A stretch of 64,000 nucleotides of DNA, taken from positions 417,136,001 through 417,200,000 of the forward strand of contig NW_027362771.1 in assembly GCF_046119375.1 (NCBI RefSeq), in the 5' to 3' direction. The translations under genes and the position numbers were made by a program. The notes under the pieces are model-generated. The model was given only the letters and a program-made list of their open reading frames with translations. It was not told the DNA's origin and made no database searches. This document shows positions 62,619 through 64,000 of the stretch, piece by piece (the first letter of the stretch is position 1; each line of letters begins with the position of its first letter). The stretch comes from Phyllobates terribilis (lineage: Eukaryota).

Positions 62619-63971
62619 TGTCAAAGAATGACACCGGGTCACGCAGATCGCCACCAATTGTCAAAGATCACAGCCGGTGGAGGGTTCACGCTGAACCCAC
62701 CACGCTGTTATCCTTTTGCCACAACAGCCCTCTGCTGCCCCCTATCGTCAGAACAATTACACAATTGACCGTCGATCTCACTAATAGGCTGGTTATTGGA
62801 GAACTTAACAGTGAGCGTATGGTATATACACCTCCGATTCCAATGCATTGAATATATATATATACCCCATACCCCGGTACGGTCACTGCCAACTCCACGA
62901 TAACCCAAGAAAGTTTATTAGCTGCCACCACCAATCGTTTACAGGCCAATTGGACACCTGACAGGTAGTGTATTGCTTCAGGGGTGTAGGTTACAGAACA
63001 AAAGAAAGAGAACTATTTCATTTTATATTTAATCCAGAAAGACAGGCAGTGTTTACAAAAAATATACAAGATATTTTACAAAGGGGACAAAACATTACAG
63101 CATATACAATTACATCAAATAAAATGGATTAACAGAGAAGTTTACTATGCCGGTCACAGAGATGGCTCAGCTTAGCGGATGGAAGCAATCTGATTAAAAA
63201 CGTCCGTAAACGTGGATCCTGCCTACACTGATATTTATCTTCCGGCATAGAACACAGATAATAATTCGCCTTGTCCTTTTATCAGCACCTAATTTATACC
63301 CACACACCTCCCCTTGATGACTCATAACAGGGCTAGTCATGAGATGTGGCTTCAGTTTCAGAAAATTATGATATTCCCAACATTCACAATATCTTCACTC
63401 CTGATGATCACAGGAGTTTGATATTGCCATCATATTTTTTATCAGGATTTTACCTTTTCATAGATAGGAAACATGACATGGCTGTTGTCAGAGATCTGGT
63501 CACCATTAATTTGAGGCTTATAGGCATGTGTCACAGTTATGAAAAAATATGCATATTCTTCCCCGATTAGTCCTGAAGTTGAAGATGTATGTCCCATAAA
63601 TATCGGATCAATACTAACCCCAATATTCATACCTGTACACAAAGTCTGGGGGAGGTTCTTTCATCATAGCAGTTCATCCTGGAGAAGAGCCTCCAGCTTC
63701 TCCTTTAATCAAACAAACCACAGACTTCATGTCCATTCCCACAATAGCTATCTTGCCTTACTTATTTGGGTCACCGCAGGCAGTCCCAGCCTCAAATGGA
63801 GTTTTAATTAGTTCTGTCACTTCCTAGCTATACTTAATTTCCTCACTTTCCTATGTTAAATATGTGGTTCTACTGCCAAAAGATGTTTAGAATGTAAGCT
63901 CTTTCTCCTACTGGAAATTCTGTGCGACAGACGTTATGGGGGGGTAATGGATCTTAATGTTTTCTATGACA
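62619..63971 (-). mobile_element. Solo LTR (1353 bp)
   Basis: TGTCAAAGAA...TTCTATGACA termini (9/10 inverted match); perfect 5-bp TSD AGGAG at 62614-62618 and 63972-63976; TATAAA (~63295) upstream of AATAAA (~62915) on -. Confidence 0.85.
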
Positions 63972-64000
63972 AGGAGTATTATCTGAATTGGTAAAAGTCA

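Noticed and set aside
63346-63811. Integrase or host exon (HAYKPQING)
   Set aside because: Lies inside a TSD-bounded solo LTR; no other integrase motifs in frame.
49300-64000. BTBD1 terminal exons expected from synteny (and HOMER2 exons at left)
   Set aside because: No matching peptide found by eye in the window; they are presumably outside it.

Overview
Eukaryotic, repeat-dense genomic DNA, most likely an anuran (frog), judging from the Tc1, TTAA-MITE, DIRS and V-SINE repertoire. There are no prokaryotic genes and no CRISPR. Host genes: (1) the last two coding exons of a PKC-delta/theta-like AGC kinase (+, 1-1188); (2) a complete RAMAC/FAM103A1 gene (+, non-coding exon 1 near 23.4 kb, CDS 25911-26068 + 27113-27299, 114 aa); (3) a complete C15orf40/UPF0235 gene (-, four coding exons between 49152 and 39701, 151 aa), convergent with RAMAC as I recall for human 15q25.2. 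Between them lies a candidate spliced micro-exon non-coding gene (-, about 32.3-27.7 kb) with snoRNA-host-like architecture. Intron 1 of C15orf40 carries a ~3.25 kb G/CpG-rich minisatellite that starts ~37 bp after the donor and is open in frame with exon 1. Mobile DNA includes a full-length degenerate chromoviral Gypsy element (15775-20719, ATAGG TSD, self-priming signature), two fold-back Tc1 derivatives, one nearly intact Tc1, an hATm-like relic with nested MITE and L1, a DIRS remnant, solo LTRs, a V-SINE and many MITEs. There is one 136-N assembly gap. All family assignments come from motif recognition by eye and recalled sequences, not database searches.
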